The notes under the pieces are model-generated. The model saw only the letters and a program-made list of their open reading frames with translations, had not been told where the DNA came from and did no database searches. Positions 11,733-20,009 of a stretch of DNA of 52,099 nt are shown piece by piece (position 1 is the first letter of the stretch; each line of letters starts with the position of its first letter). Position numbers and translations under genes: made by a program. This DNA comes from a bacterium (GTDB lineage Bacteria; Bacteroidota; Ignavibacteria; Kapaibacteriales; Kapaibacteriaceae), in the NCBI GenBank assembly GCA_024711065.1, contig JANJTN010000146.1, positions 1-52,099 of the forward strand, read 5' to 3'.

Positions 11733-13078
11733 ACCTCGAACTCACCGCAGCCCTGATCCCCGTGATCATGCTCGGGATCGGCATGCTCGTTGCCATGGTG
11801 AAGTGGCCTAAGCTCTGGCTTGGCACGGTGATCCTGACGCTTCCGGTCTTTCTGTTCGACACCGGCATTGGCCTGTCGGCATCCGAGGTCATTCTCGGCG
11901 GATTCATTCTGGGCTCGCTGCTCGTGTGGTTGACCTTCCGGATCGGTAGTGGTCAGAAAGTGATCCGTTGGTGGGGCGACTTCTTGATCTTTCTCTTCCT
12001 GGCGCTGTCCATCACCAACGTGGTGATCGCTCTATTGAACGAGGTGGAGCTGCTGGACTGGATCCTTGAGTGGACCCTGTTCCTGCTCATCCTGTATCAC
12101 TTCCCTCTCCGCGAGTATTTCGGCAAGGACGATCGCTCCCTGAAGCAGCTCCTTATTCTGCTGGCGATCTCCACGGTGATCATGGCCGCCTATTCGGCCT
12201 GGCACTACAAGACCCGCTCCGGTGCGGGCGGCATGGTGTACGCCTATCAGATCCTGGCCTCCCGCAGCCGATTGTTCGCACCGGCTTTCGTGATGGCTCT
12301 CGTGGTGGCCATTGCCATGTTGTTCCATACGCGTTCGTGGAAGGTGCGCCTGCCTCTTCTCGGCCTGATCCTGATCGACCTGGGCGGACTGTTGCAGTCG
12401 TTCACACGCTCGCTCTGGGTGGTCTTTGCTCTGTCTGTGGTCTTGATGACGATCTATCTGTCGTGGCGTCAGAACATCGCTCTGGCTGTCGGCAGCGTCC
12501 TGATCATCCTCTCCGGCTACTACGCGGCCAACGCCTGGAATCCGCGTCTCACGGCGATCGGCGTGCGCATCATCGAACAGCGGATCTCTTCGTCCACCCA
12601 GCTCACCGGGGGCGACCGATCCTTTGAGACCCGCCTGATCGAGGCTGATGCCGCCGAACAGTATATTCGGATGTATCCGATGGGTGGGAACGGACTCCGG
12701 GCACCCCTGCTCTCGTGGGATCCGATCGACCAGTTCACCTGGCGCAAGACCTTCATCCATATCGGCTACGTTTCCCTCATCTTCAAACTCGGCATCCCCC
12801 TGGCGCTGATCATGATGGCCTTTGTCCTGATGTTTTCCTGGCGTGCGGCAGCAGATTCCTTTCGGTTGTTCCGACGCGACGTCGCGCCGCCGCTCGATCG
12901 TGCCATTGCGATCGGCATGGCCACCTTTCTGCCGGCGCTGTACGTGACCATTCTCACCGCGGGCTTTATCGACCAACGCTACGGCAACGTGATGCTCGGT
13001 GTCTTCTTTGCCCTGGTCTCCATCGTCCATGATCGCGCCATGGCCCGACGTGCCGATAGGCAGGGGGCCTTGGTATGA
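11729..13078 (+). CDS. O-antigen ligase / Wzy_C-family polytopic membrane protein
   Basis: 449 aa, about 10-12 TM. SFTRSLWVVFAL, a periplasmic loop RMYPMGGNGLRA and IHIGYVSLIFKLGIP resemble Wzy_C motifs. ATGA overlaps with both neighbours. Confidence 0.7.
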   Translation: MNLELTAALIPVIMLGIGMLVAMVKWPKLWLGTVILTLPVFLFDTGIGLSASEVILGGFILGSLLVWLTFRIGSGQKVIRWWGDFLIFLFLALSITNVVIALLNEVELLDWILEWTLFLLILYHFPLREYFGKDDRSLKQLLILLAISTVIMAAYSAWHYKTRSGAGGMVYAYQILASRSRLFAPAFVMALVVAIAMLFHTRSWKVRLPLLGLILIDLGGLLQSFTRSLWVVFALSVVLMTIYLSWRQNIALAVGSVLIILSGYYAANAWNPRLTAIGVRIIEQRISSSTQLTGGDRSFETRLIEADAAEQYIRMYPMGGNGLRAPLLSWDPIDQFTWRKTFIHIGYVSLIFKLGIPLALIMMAFVLMFSWRAAADSFRLFRRDVAPPLDRAIAIGMATFLPALYVTILTAGFIDQRYGNVMLGVFFALVSIVHDRAMARRADRQGALV

Positions 13079-15162
13079 ACCGCATCATTGGCGACGAGCA
13101 CTTCGGCTCTGTGTCCCGACAGCGCATCTTCCGCTACGCGGTGATGCTGCTGGCACTGATCTTCATCCTCCGACTAGGATGGCTGCAGATCGTACAGGGC
13201 GGCGCGTATCGATTGAAGGCCGAAGCCCAGGCCATCAAACAGATCAAGATCGAACCATTCCGCGGGATGATGTTCGACCGGCATGGACGCGCCATCGTGC
13301 AGAACGTGGGTGGCTTCTCCATTATCGTGACGCCCTACGAATTCACGGAGGTCTCTCGCCAGCGCCTGTCCAAACTGCTGGGCGTGTCGGATTCCGCGAT
13401 CGCCGTAGAAGTTGCGAAAGCGGCACGGCTGAACAAGTTCAGTCCCTTCAAGATCTCCTTTGGTCGCGACGTACCGAACGAGATCCTGGCTCTGATCGAA
13501 GAACAGCGGGAATGGTTGCCGGGCGTGGATGTGATCACCGATCCAAAGCGGTACTACGCCTTTGACGGCAACGCCGCCCACCTGCTTGGCTATACGCGCG
13601 AGGTGAGCGAAGACGAGCTGCAACGCTTCGGCGATGCGTATGATCCTGGTGATATCACGGGTAAGGTAGGACTGGAACGCTCGTATGAGTCCTACATCCG
13701 CGGACAGAAAGGTTTTGAGTTTGTCGCCGTGAATAATCGCGGTCAACGCGTTGCCAGCTTCAACGATCGCAAGAGCGACATCCAGGCACGGGAGGGCTTC
13801 GACCTCTACCTTGGCATGGATGCCGACGTGCAGGTATTGGCCGAGAAAGCCCTACAGGGCAAGCGAGGAGCCGTAGTGGCCCTTGATCCGCGCAACGGCG
13901 AGATCATCGCCTTTGCTTCCATGCCCGACTTCGATCTCCGAGAACTGACCGGACGGACCACGCGATCCTACTTTAACCAACTCTTCCGGGATCCTGAGAA
14001 GCCCCTTCTCAATCGGGGCTCCATTTCGCAGTATCCACCAGGATCAACCTGGAAGATGCTGGTTGCGATCGCCTGTCTGGAAGAGGGATTGATCACACCC
14101 CAGACACGACTCTCGTGTTCCGGTGCCTATTACTACGGCAACCGCTCCATGGCCTGCCACGGGGCACACGGAGCGATCACTGTGGAGCGGGCCATTCAAG
14201 CCTCCTGCAACGTGTTCTTTGCCCAATGCGGCATGAAACTGGGACCCGACCTGATGGAGAAATGGGGCGAACGCTTCGGATTTGGGGCCCGCACCTTGGC
14301 CGATATCTCCGAGGAGAAGTTGGGGCTTGTACCGAGCACGGCCTACATGGACAAGGTCTATGGCGAGCGCGGCTGGAGCAAGTACGCCGCAGCGAACTGG
14401 GGTATCGGTCAGGGCGAATTGTTGGTCACTCCTCTGCAGATGGCTCGGTATACGGCTGCTCTGGCCAATGGCGGAACGTTGTTCCAACCTCATGCCGTGC
14501 GGGCGATCCAGAACAAGGCCTTGGGTCGCAAACAGTGGGTCGCGTACGACTCCACGGACCTGCAGATCTCGGCACAGACGATGGAGATCGTGCGCCAGGG
14601 CATGTACCTGGTGGTGAACCAACCGGGCGGTACGGCCGGCAACGTGAAGCTGCCCACCACGGTGGTGTGCGGCAAGACCGGTACGGCCCAGAACCCCCAC
14701 GGCAAAGACCACTCCTGGTTCGTAGCCTTTGCGCCAATGGAGAACCCCACGATCGCCGTCTGCGCGATGGTCGAAAATGCCGGCTTTGGTTCCACCGTTG
14801 CCGCTCCGATCGTACGCGACGTGATCAACCTGTATTTGAACCGGGTCTGGCCCGACGGCATGAAGCCAACAGGATCGGATAGTTTGCCGACACCTGCGGA
14901 CAGTGCGGTACTGGTCAAGGACGAGATCCCGATCCAGGGTCCGTTCCTTGTAGAACGCCCGGGACGTCGGACGCAACCGGCAGTAGCAGTGGCTTCGTCC
15001 ACTCCGACCGCCGCCGTTGCCGCTGCTCCCAGCGGGGCCGCTCGCCCGGCAGCAACACCATCCGATAGCCGCCCCGCAGCACCTGCCTCCGGTGCTGCTG
15101 TCACACCCAAGCCTGCAGCAGGCACCCGCGAAGATCCGGTAACGCCGGGTCCGCGACGGTGA
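13075..15162 (+). CDS. mrdA: penicillin-binding protein 2 (class B transpeptidase)
   Basis: 695 aa. N-terminal TM, then SxxK (GSTWK), SxN (SCN) and KTG(T) (GKTGTA) motifs. Pro/Ala-rich C-terminal tail. Confidence 0.9.
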   Translation: MNRIIGDEHFGSVSRQRIFRYAVMLLALIFILRLGWLQIVQGGAYRLKAEAQAIKQIKIEPFRGMMFDRHGRAIVQNVGGFSIIVTPYEFTEVSRQRLSKLLGVSDSAIAVEVAKAARLNKFSPFKISFGRDVPNEILALIEEQREWLPGVDVITDPKRYYAFDGNAAHLLGYTREVSEDELQRFGDAYDPGDITGKVGLERSYESYIRGQKGFEFVAVNNRGQRVASFNDRKSDIQAREGFDLYLGMDADVQVLAEKALQGKRGAVVALDPRNGEIIAFASMPDFDLRELTGRTTRSYFNQLFRDPEKPLLNRGSISQYPPGSTWKMLVAIACLEEGLITPQTRLSCSGAYYYGNRSMACHGAHGAITVERAIQASCNVFFAQCGMKLGPDLMEKWGERFGFGARTLADISEEKLGLVPSTAYMDKVYGERGWSKYAAANWGIGQGELLVTPLQMARYTAALANGGTLFQPHAVRAIQNKALGRKQWVAYDSTDLQISAQTMEIVRQGMYLVVNQPGGTAGNVKLPTTVVCGKTGTAQNPHGKDHSWFVAFAPMENPTIAVCAMVENAGFGSTVAAPIVRDVINLYLNRVWPDGMKPTGSDSLPTPADSAVLVKDEIPIQGPFLVERPGRRTQPAVAVASSTPTAAVAAAPSGAARPAATPSDSRPAAPASGAAVTPKPAAGTREDPVTPGPRR

Positions 15163-16235
15163 TCGCTCGGCTCACACTCCTGTTGGTCGCAGGGCTGGTA
15201 TTGGGGTGCACCGACAAGCCCCCTGCCACCTCGATCACATTCTGGCACTTCTGGTCGGAACCGGCACAAGAGCAGGCGCTGCTCGAGCTGTTACACACCT
15301 ACGAGGCCACACATCCTGGTATCACCGTCGAGCCAGTGCCATTGAGTTGGGCCGACGGCAAGCAGAAACTGCAATTGGCCTTCAATGCCGGTACCCAGCC
15401 AGACATCGTCCATCTGGGTATGGACTGGTTCGCGGAATTCGATGCCTCCGGCGTGTTCGCCCCGCTCGAACACCCCAACACTATCGCCGATCGTGCGGCA
15501 TTGTGGGTGCTGAACGCCCGTGCGCTGGTGCATTGGACCGGAGCTCCGGCACGGCATCGATGGGGACTGGCCCGATCGGATGCGCACAACATCCTGAAGC
15601 GTTCGCTGCCCCTGCTCTGGCAGGCGGGAGCAACCGAGTTCTACACCAGAACGCCGATCGCGGCCGACATGAACGACCAGCTCGTTCAGGCCTTGTGGGC
15701 TCTTCGGGACACGATTCGGCAAGGGGCTCTCCTGGAACCCTCCAGATCGCTGGACGAGCGCTTTCTCCGAGGGGAGATCGAATACCTCTACACGGGCGCC
15801 TGGATCATCGACATGGCCAATGCTCGCAACGTCACATCGTTCGAAGTCCTTCCTACACCATCGATCCTGAACGGCGACGTCCTCTGTATCAGCAAGGGTA
15901 GCCGCTTGTCCAGGCAGGCCGCCGACCTGATCGCCTGGCTTACGGAGTATCGGCAGTCCGCACAGTTCTGCCACCAGGTGTCCGACGCAGGATTCCCGGC
16001 CTCGGACCTGGTTTTCAGCGACGCAGAGTTCCAATTGGACAACATCCAGCGCGGGTTCCTGCTCACAGCCAAGGAGTCACGCCCCCTTCCCGCCTCACCG
16101 GTCCTTCTTCGCATCGAGCCGATCATCGAAGACCTCATCGAGCGGTGTTATGCTGCCGCGTCCAGAAGAGAAATGGCGGAGTTGGTCGAATCTGCCAGAG
16201 TGCAAGTTCAATCGATCGAGCAATCGCAAGACTGA
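15159..16235 (+). CDS. extracellular solute-binding lipoprotein (ABC SBP family 1-like)
   Basis: GTG start overlaps the mrdA stop (GTGA). Lipobox LVLGC. ITFWHFW...GITVEPVPLSWADGKQKLQLAFNAGTQPDIVHLG is typical of SBP_bac_1. No permease or ATPase genes adjacent. Confidence 0.7.
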   Translation: MIARLTLLLVAGLVLGCTDKPPATSITFWHFWSEPAQEQALLELLHTYEATHPGITVEPVPLSWADGKQKLQLAFNAGTQPDIVHLGMDWFAEFDASGVFAPLEHPNTIADRAALWVLNARALVHWTGAPARHRWGLARSDAHNILKRSLPLLWQAGATEFYTRTPIAADMNDQLVQALWALRDTIRQGALLEPSRSLDERFLRGEIEYLYTGAWIIDMANARNVTSFEVLPTPSILNGDVLCISKGSRLSRQAADLIAWLTEYRQSAQFCHQVSDAGFPASDLVFSDAEFQLDNIQRGFLLTAKESRPLPASPVLLRIEPIIEDLIERCYAAASRREMAELVESARVQVQSIEQSQD

Positions 16236-16250
16236 ACAACGTTGGAGCAT

Positions 16251-16272
16251 TTGAACGCTGGAGGGCTTGAGG
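16251..16272. repeat. left arm of a 22-bp imperfect inverted repeat flanking the low-GC island
   Basis: The reverse complement CCTCAAGCCCTCCAGCGTTCAA matches GCTCAAGCCCTCGAGCGCTCAA at 20051-20072 in 19 of 22 positions (11-mer core GAGGGCTTGAG). Confidence 0.7.
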
Positions 16273-16394
16273 GATCAACTCCTACTACATCGTTCCTAAC
16301 CGCTATCGACAAGTGTGGGTAGAGCCCGACGTAGTTGTATATGCCTCAAATAGCAGAATAGATCTCAGTCCTGCTTTTTACTTGCGTATTTCTA

Positions 16395-16409
16395 CCCCCC
16401 CCCCCCCCC
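16395..16409. repeat. C15 homopolymer tract
   Basis: Counted directly: 15 consecutive C, 82 nt upstream of the ATG at 16491. Confidence 0.95.
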
Positions 16410-16490
16410 TTACATTACGGGTGCGGCTTTTGAATGACTGCAGCATCTGAATGTCGCCTCATTCATCACCCACATATTAAGGAGGGCATT

Positions 16491-17105
16491 ATGCGATGTC
16501 CAACCTATACCACACGAGGGATCTTTGTTGCGCTTGTTTTCACGTTCCTGGCTGTAGCCGCTTCGGTGCAGCCACTGACAGCGAGCGACTGCGAGTGTAC
16601 GACCGTGACAGACACCATCGTAGCCACGATATGCATCGGCGGAGCGGACTACGACATGGAAATCTACCTATGTGACGTAGGGACACCGGGAACGGGTGGA
16701 TCATGCAACTCGTCTTATGTTCAGAATCGGTTCTCTGTGCTCCATAAGATCTGTTTCCTTGATCCGCGACCGGCTGGGCTGACCAATGTGCAGATCATCA
16801 GCGCGATACTCTGTGACATCAAGAACTCTGCATGCGACCCCACGAACCAATGGGGCATCAACGTACCCAATGGCAGTGTCTACTGCTGGGAGATCCGAAC
16901 TCCCAAGTGCACGACGACGGACATGAATGGCTGCATCGTACCCTGTGGCACTGACATTCCGTGTTGCAGAATGGAGCTGCGCTGGAAACGAGAATCTGGC
17001 AACTGTTACTGGGATCCTCTGCCGGTGTATACATGCGAAGACCCTGGTACCTGCACGCAGGGCTGTGAACAGGGATGTCCGACGGTTACGGGCTGCTGCG
17101 AGTAA
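16491..17105 (+). CDS. secreted cysteine-rich protein of unknown function
   Basis: AGGAGG at 16480-16485, 5 nt before the ATG. Signal peptide MRCPTYTTRGIFVALVFTFLAVAAS. 22 Cys in 204 aa, ending GCCE. No motif I recognise. Confidence 0.7.
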   Translation: MRCPTYTTRGIFVALVFTFLAVAASVQPLTASDCECTTVTDTIVATICIGGADYDMEIYLCDVGTPGTGGSCNSSYVQNRFSVLHKICFLDPRPAGLTNVQIISAILCDIKNSACDPTNQWGINVPNGSVYCWEIRTPKCTTTDMNGCIVPCGTDIPCCRMELRWKRESGNCYWDPLPVYTCEDPGTCTQGCEQGCPTVTGCCE

Positions 17106-17506
17106 TGAATACGTGCTTTCAAAACTGTGCATGGCTGGGGCTGCGGACACTCGCAGCTCCAGCGTGCACGGTGTTGTGCCTGGCATCTGTCGCGCTGGTG
17201 CTACTGCTCTCCGTTGACATGCAAGCTGTCCCGCCGTCTTTTACTGTGTCGGCGAAGCATACAGTCATCAGGGACAACATTGATATTGAGGTCTACAACG
17301 CAGCACTGTCCTACGGCAAGATTCGCTCCGCCAAAGTATTTTCTGTTGACGGTTCCGTCATCGCAGACTTTCTGGCTGAGATCAACCCATCGTTGTTTGG
17401 GCTCCAGTCAATCATTATTGACATGCAATCGTCGGCGAGAGGTGTGTACCTTGTGGTGGTCGAGACAGAGCGTGAACAGCTGGTTGTAAAGGTGATAAAG
17501 GAGTAG
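17105..17506 (+). CDS. small protein: hydrophobic N-terminus + T9SS C-terminal sorting domain only
   Basis: The ATG overlaps the upstream stop (TAATG). The C-terminal ~85 aa (...IDIEVYNAA...AKVFSVDGSVIADF...MQSSARGVYLVVVETEREQLVVKVIKE) looks like a type A Por sorting domain. The start codon is uncertain (17075, 17105 or later). Confidence 0.55.
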   Translation: MNTCFQNCAWLGLRTLAAPACTVLCLASVALVLLLSVDMQAVPPSFTVSAKHTVIRDNIDIEVYNAALSYGKIRSAKVFSVDGSVIADFLAEINPSLFGLQSIIIDMQSSARGVYLVVVETEREQLVVKVIKE

Positions 17507-17512
17507 GCGACA

Positions 17513-20008
17513 ATGTCTTGTCATGATCAGTCATATGCCACTACTGCATTTACGTTGTTCGTGTTGCTCGTTGCACCGTTGGTGCAGACAAGGGTCACAG
17601 GGCAGGAGCTTCTGTACTCACAACGCACCACGAGTTCGTCGACTGTCGGTTTGATCAATGACGTTGTCGAGTATCAGGATACCAACCTGTTGATACACGT
17701 GAAGCACAACCACCTTTTTGTTGTCAATCTCGTTGATGGTGTTGCCCGCCGTTTCGAGCAGTTGGATGCTTCCTTCTGGCCATATGGATATTTTGGTTTT
17801 GCTGGGGATCACCGACTGTTCTTTACTCGTACTGAGGGTATGAACCGGATGTATCTGATCGGTCCTGATGGGAGTGTACAAGGTGACCAGCTGGATGACA
17901 GCGTTCAAACCGCGAACCATTCGTATGATCACACACCTGATGGAGTCGTGCGCCTTGGGCGTGGTTCAAAGGAATACACCAGTGTGGACTATGGTGTGAC
18001 GTGGAACATTCATGATCGCCAAGGTTCTGTCCCTTTAGGCGTGTCAAGCCAGGGGAGTGGAGCCGCGCTGTGCGTTATCGAGAGTGGTCGTCAGTTCTAC
18101 GAGTGTCTGCTGCCCGATCGAGGGGACGCTTGGGTTCAGAGCCCGATGACACGAACGGATCCGTATGGCGGCGAACTGATGCGGATCGTCCACCTTGGGT
18201 CTGATTCACTCGCATGGCTGACAACGAGGGTTATCGAGGGGGACAGCTCACAACTACGGCTGTACGTGGGTGCCCTTGGTGATACGGTTGCTCAACGTGT
18301 CGACTCCGCTCTTCTGAATGGAACGATTGTACGTCTAGACCCCTTGCAGATCTTCGAGACGTCAGATAGGTGTGTGTTTTATCTTGACAAGATGGGGTGG
18401 ACAGCAACGTACTGTGATGGATCGTGGACTCTCCACGAGTGGCGTCCCAGAGAGGCATTCCTGGACGGTAGAGGAGACCACAATCGGTATTCGTCTCAGA
18501 AGCGTGGTTGGGCTTACCTGCGAATCAAGGAAGAATCTCCCATGGTGATGTATCGGATCGACCTGAGGCATCCCGTGTCCGTTGACTCGATCATCCTGCC
18601 CGTCGGCGTAAAGGATCACTTAGTGCCGGCACCAGCTCAACTGCAGGGGCTTGGTTACCTGAATTCGGGGCTGGAGAACCAGCAGGAACTCATTTACTGG
18701 CCGGACAGAAGTGTATATGCGTTTGGGTCATTCATTCGAGAGATCGACATCTTCCCACTGAAGCGAATGCTATTCACATGGGAGGACGGCGAACAGCTGT
18801 GTGTCGTCACCGACTTGGAGCAGCTCGTCCGGCCCGACGCGTACGGAAGAGGCCGCGTCGTACGTGGACTTCTTCTCAGCGATGAGACTAGACAGCCAAA
18901 CGTCGGGTATCATGGGCAGCACCCAGACGGTGATCTTCGGGAACGGGGTGCATCCGTACCAGCCGTTCTTGCGCAAGGCAGGATCTTTAGTGGTCCGGTT
19001 GTGCGAGTGACCAGTAGTGACGGTACGCGAGCGGACACCTTGTTGAATGCGCCAACGTCGTTTGGGGCAGTACTCAGAGACGGACGGTTTGCGACCGGGT
19101 GGAAGGGCGTGTTGCGCCTGCATAGGCAACACACCATCGACACGTTCGACATCTCATCTGTGAATTCGTCTGCTGACTCTATGGGCTACCCTTCCCATGT
19201 AGTACAGTGCACTGCCGGTACACTGGTTGCTTCAGTCCTTGGAACCCATCGCATCGATCCAGCAACTAACGTTACTCGGGCATTCCGGTGGGGAGGCATT
19301 CTGCGCTCCACCGATGATGGAGCAACGTGGGTGTCAACCCCTCTTCCCACTGACGATGCAACGTATGTGATGAGCCTTGCCGAAACACGGGATGGGACGC
19401 TGCTAGCCACGACGATGCGTATGGTTGAGGATACCGTTGTTGGAGAGCGTACTCAGTCATCCTACCAAGCAAATCGTGTCTGCATTTTGCGTTCCTCAGA
19501 TTGTGGCCAAACGTGGAACGCAGTCCATCAGCCCGTGTTTTCAGGGTCATGGCAGATCACTTCTGGTAACATCGTCCAGCATCCAGATGGCACGTTGTAC
19601 GCAGCATTGATTTCCGGCATTTACTACAGTACAAATGACGGACAGTCCTGGGTTCTTGACGAACGTCTGCCACTCACCACCAATCCGGCGAGCATTGCTC
19701 TCTCCAGTTCAGGCGCGATCCTTGTGGCGGCTTCCGATGGAGTGTATCGGCTGGATCACGTTACGAGCGTGAACGATGCAACTGCGTTGCCAGCACAACA
19801 ACCAATGCGGATCCTGTCCGTCGATCAGCTGTCTCGATACCTCGAACAACGTCAGATAAATGACTTCAGCCTGAGCGATGCTCACGGTAGGACAATTTCG
19901 ATGCAGCGAAGGAATTTCCCAGGCATGATGGCACATTCAAGTATTCCCGGCTTGTACGTGCTGTTCGCCGAAGGACAAAGGGAAATTATCTTGCTCGTCG
20001 ATGACTAA
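17513..20008 (+). CDS. large secreted Asp-box (BNR) repeat protein with probable T9SS sorting domain
   Basis: 831 aa. Signal-like N-terminus. Asp boxes SVDYGVTW, STDDGATW, SSDCGQTW and STNDGQSW. C-terminus ...IPGLYVLFAEGQREIILLVDD resembles a T9SS sorting domain. Confidence 0.7.
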   Translation: MSCHDQSYATTAFTLFVLLVAPLVQTRVTGQELLYSQRTTSSSTVGLINDVVEYQDTNLLIHVKHNHLFVVNLVDGVARRFEQLDASFWPYGYFGFAGDHRLFFTRTEGMNRMYLIGPDGSVQGDQLDDSVQTANHSYDHTPDGVVRLGRGSKEYTSVDYGVTWNIHDRQGSVPLGVSSQGSGAALCVIESGRQFYECLLPDRGDAWVQSPMTRTDPYGGELMRIVHLGSDSLAWLTTRVIEGDSSQLRLYVGALGDTVAQRVDSALLNGTIVRLDPLQIFETSDRCVFYLDKMGWTATYCDGSWTLHEWRPREAFLDGRGDHNRYSSQKRGWAYLRIKEESPMVMYRIDLRHPVSVDSIILPVGVKDHLVPAPAQLQGLGYLNSGLENQQELIYWPDRSVYAFGSFIREIDIFPLKRMLFTWEDGEQLCVVTDLEQLVRPDAYGRGRVVRGLLLSDETRQPNVGYHGQHPDGDLRERGASVPAVLAQGRIFSGPVVRVTSSDGTRADTLLNAPTSFGAVLRDGRFATGWKGVLRLHRQHTIDTFDISSVNSSADSMGYPSHVVQCTAGTLVASVLGTHRIDPATNVTRAFRWGGILRSTDDGATWVSTPLPTDDATYVMSLAETRDGTLLATTMRMVEDTVVGERTQSSYQANRVCILRSSDCGQTWNAVHQPVFSGSWQITSGNIVQHPDGTLYAALISGIYYSTNDGQSWVLDERLPLTTNPASIALSSSGAILVAASDGVYRLDHVTSVNDATALPAQQPMRILSVDQLSRYLEQRQINDFSLSDAHGRTISMQRRNFPGMMAHSSIPGLYVLFAEGQREIILLVDD

Positions 20009-20009
20009 C

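Noticed and set aside
12032-13030. 332-aa minus-strand ORF. The same applies to the other long alternative-frame ORFs, e.g. 7304-8098, 8144-8980, 14044-14976, 28402-29088, 30170-31123 and 37041-37787.
   Set aside because: All lie inside and opposite (or out of frame with) genes that carry clear family motifs. Their compositions are typical of high-GC shadow ORFs.
16701-17186. 161-aa minus-strand ORF inside the island
   Set aside because: Antisense to the Cys-rich gene. It has no start context or motifs, and the plus-strand gene has an SD and a signal peptide.
16491-17506. Cys-rich ORF plus sorting-domain-only ORF as one frameshifted pseudogene
   Set aside because: The frames differ, and a fusion would bury a strongly hydrophobic segment (LCLASVALVLLLSV) in the middle of a secreted protein. 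The TAATG junction looks like ordinary translational coupling. The possibility is kept open as a check in the findings and cannot be excluded without reads or homologs.
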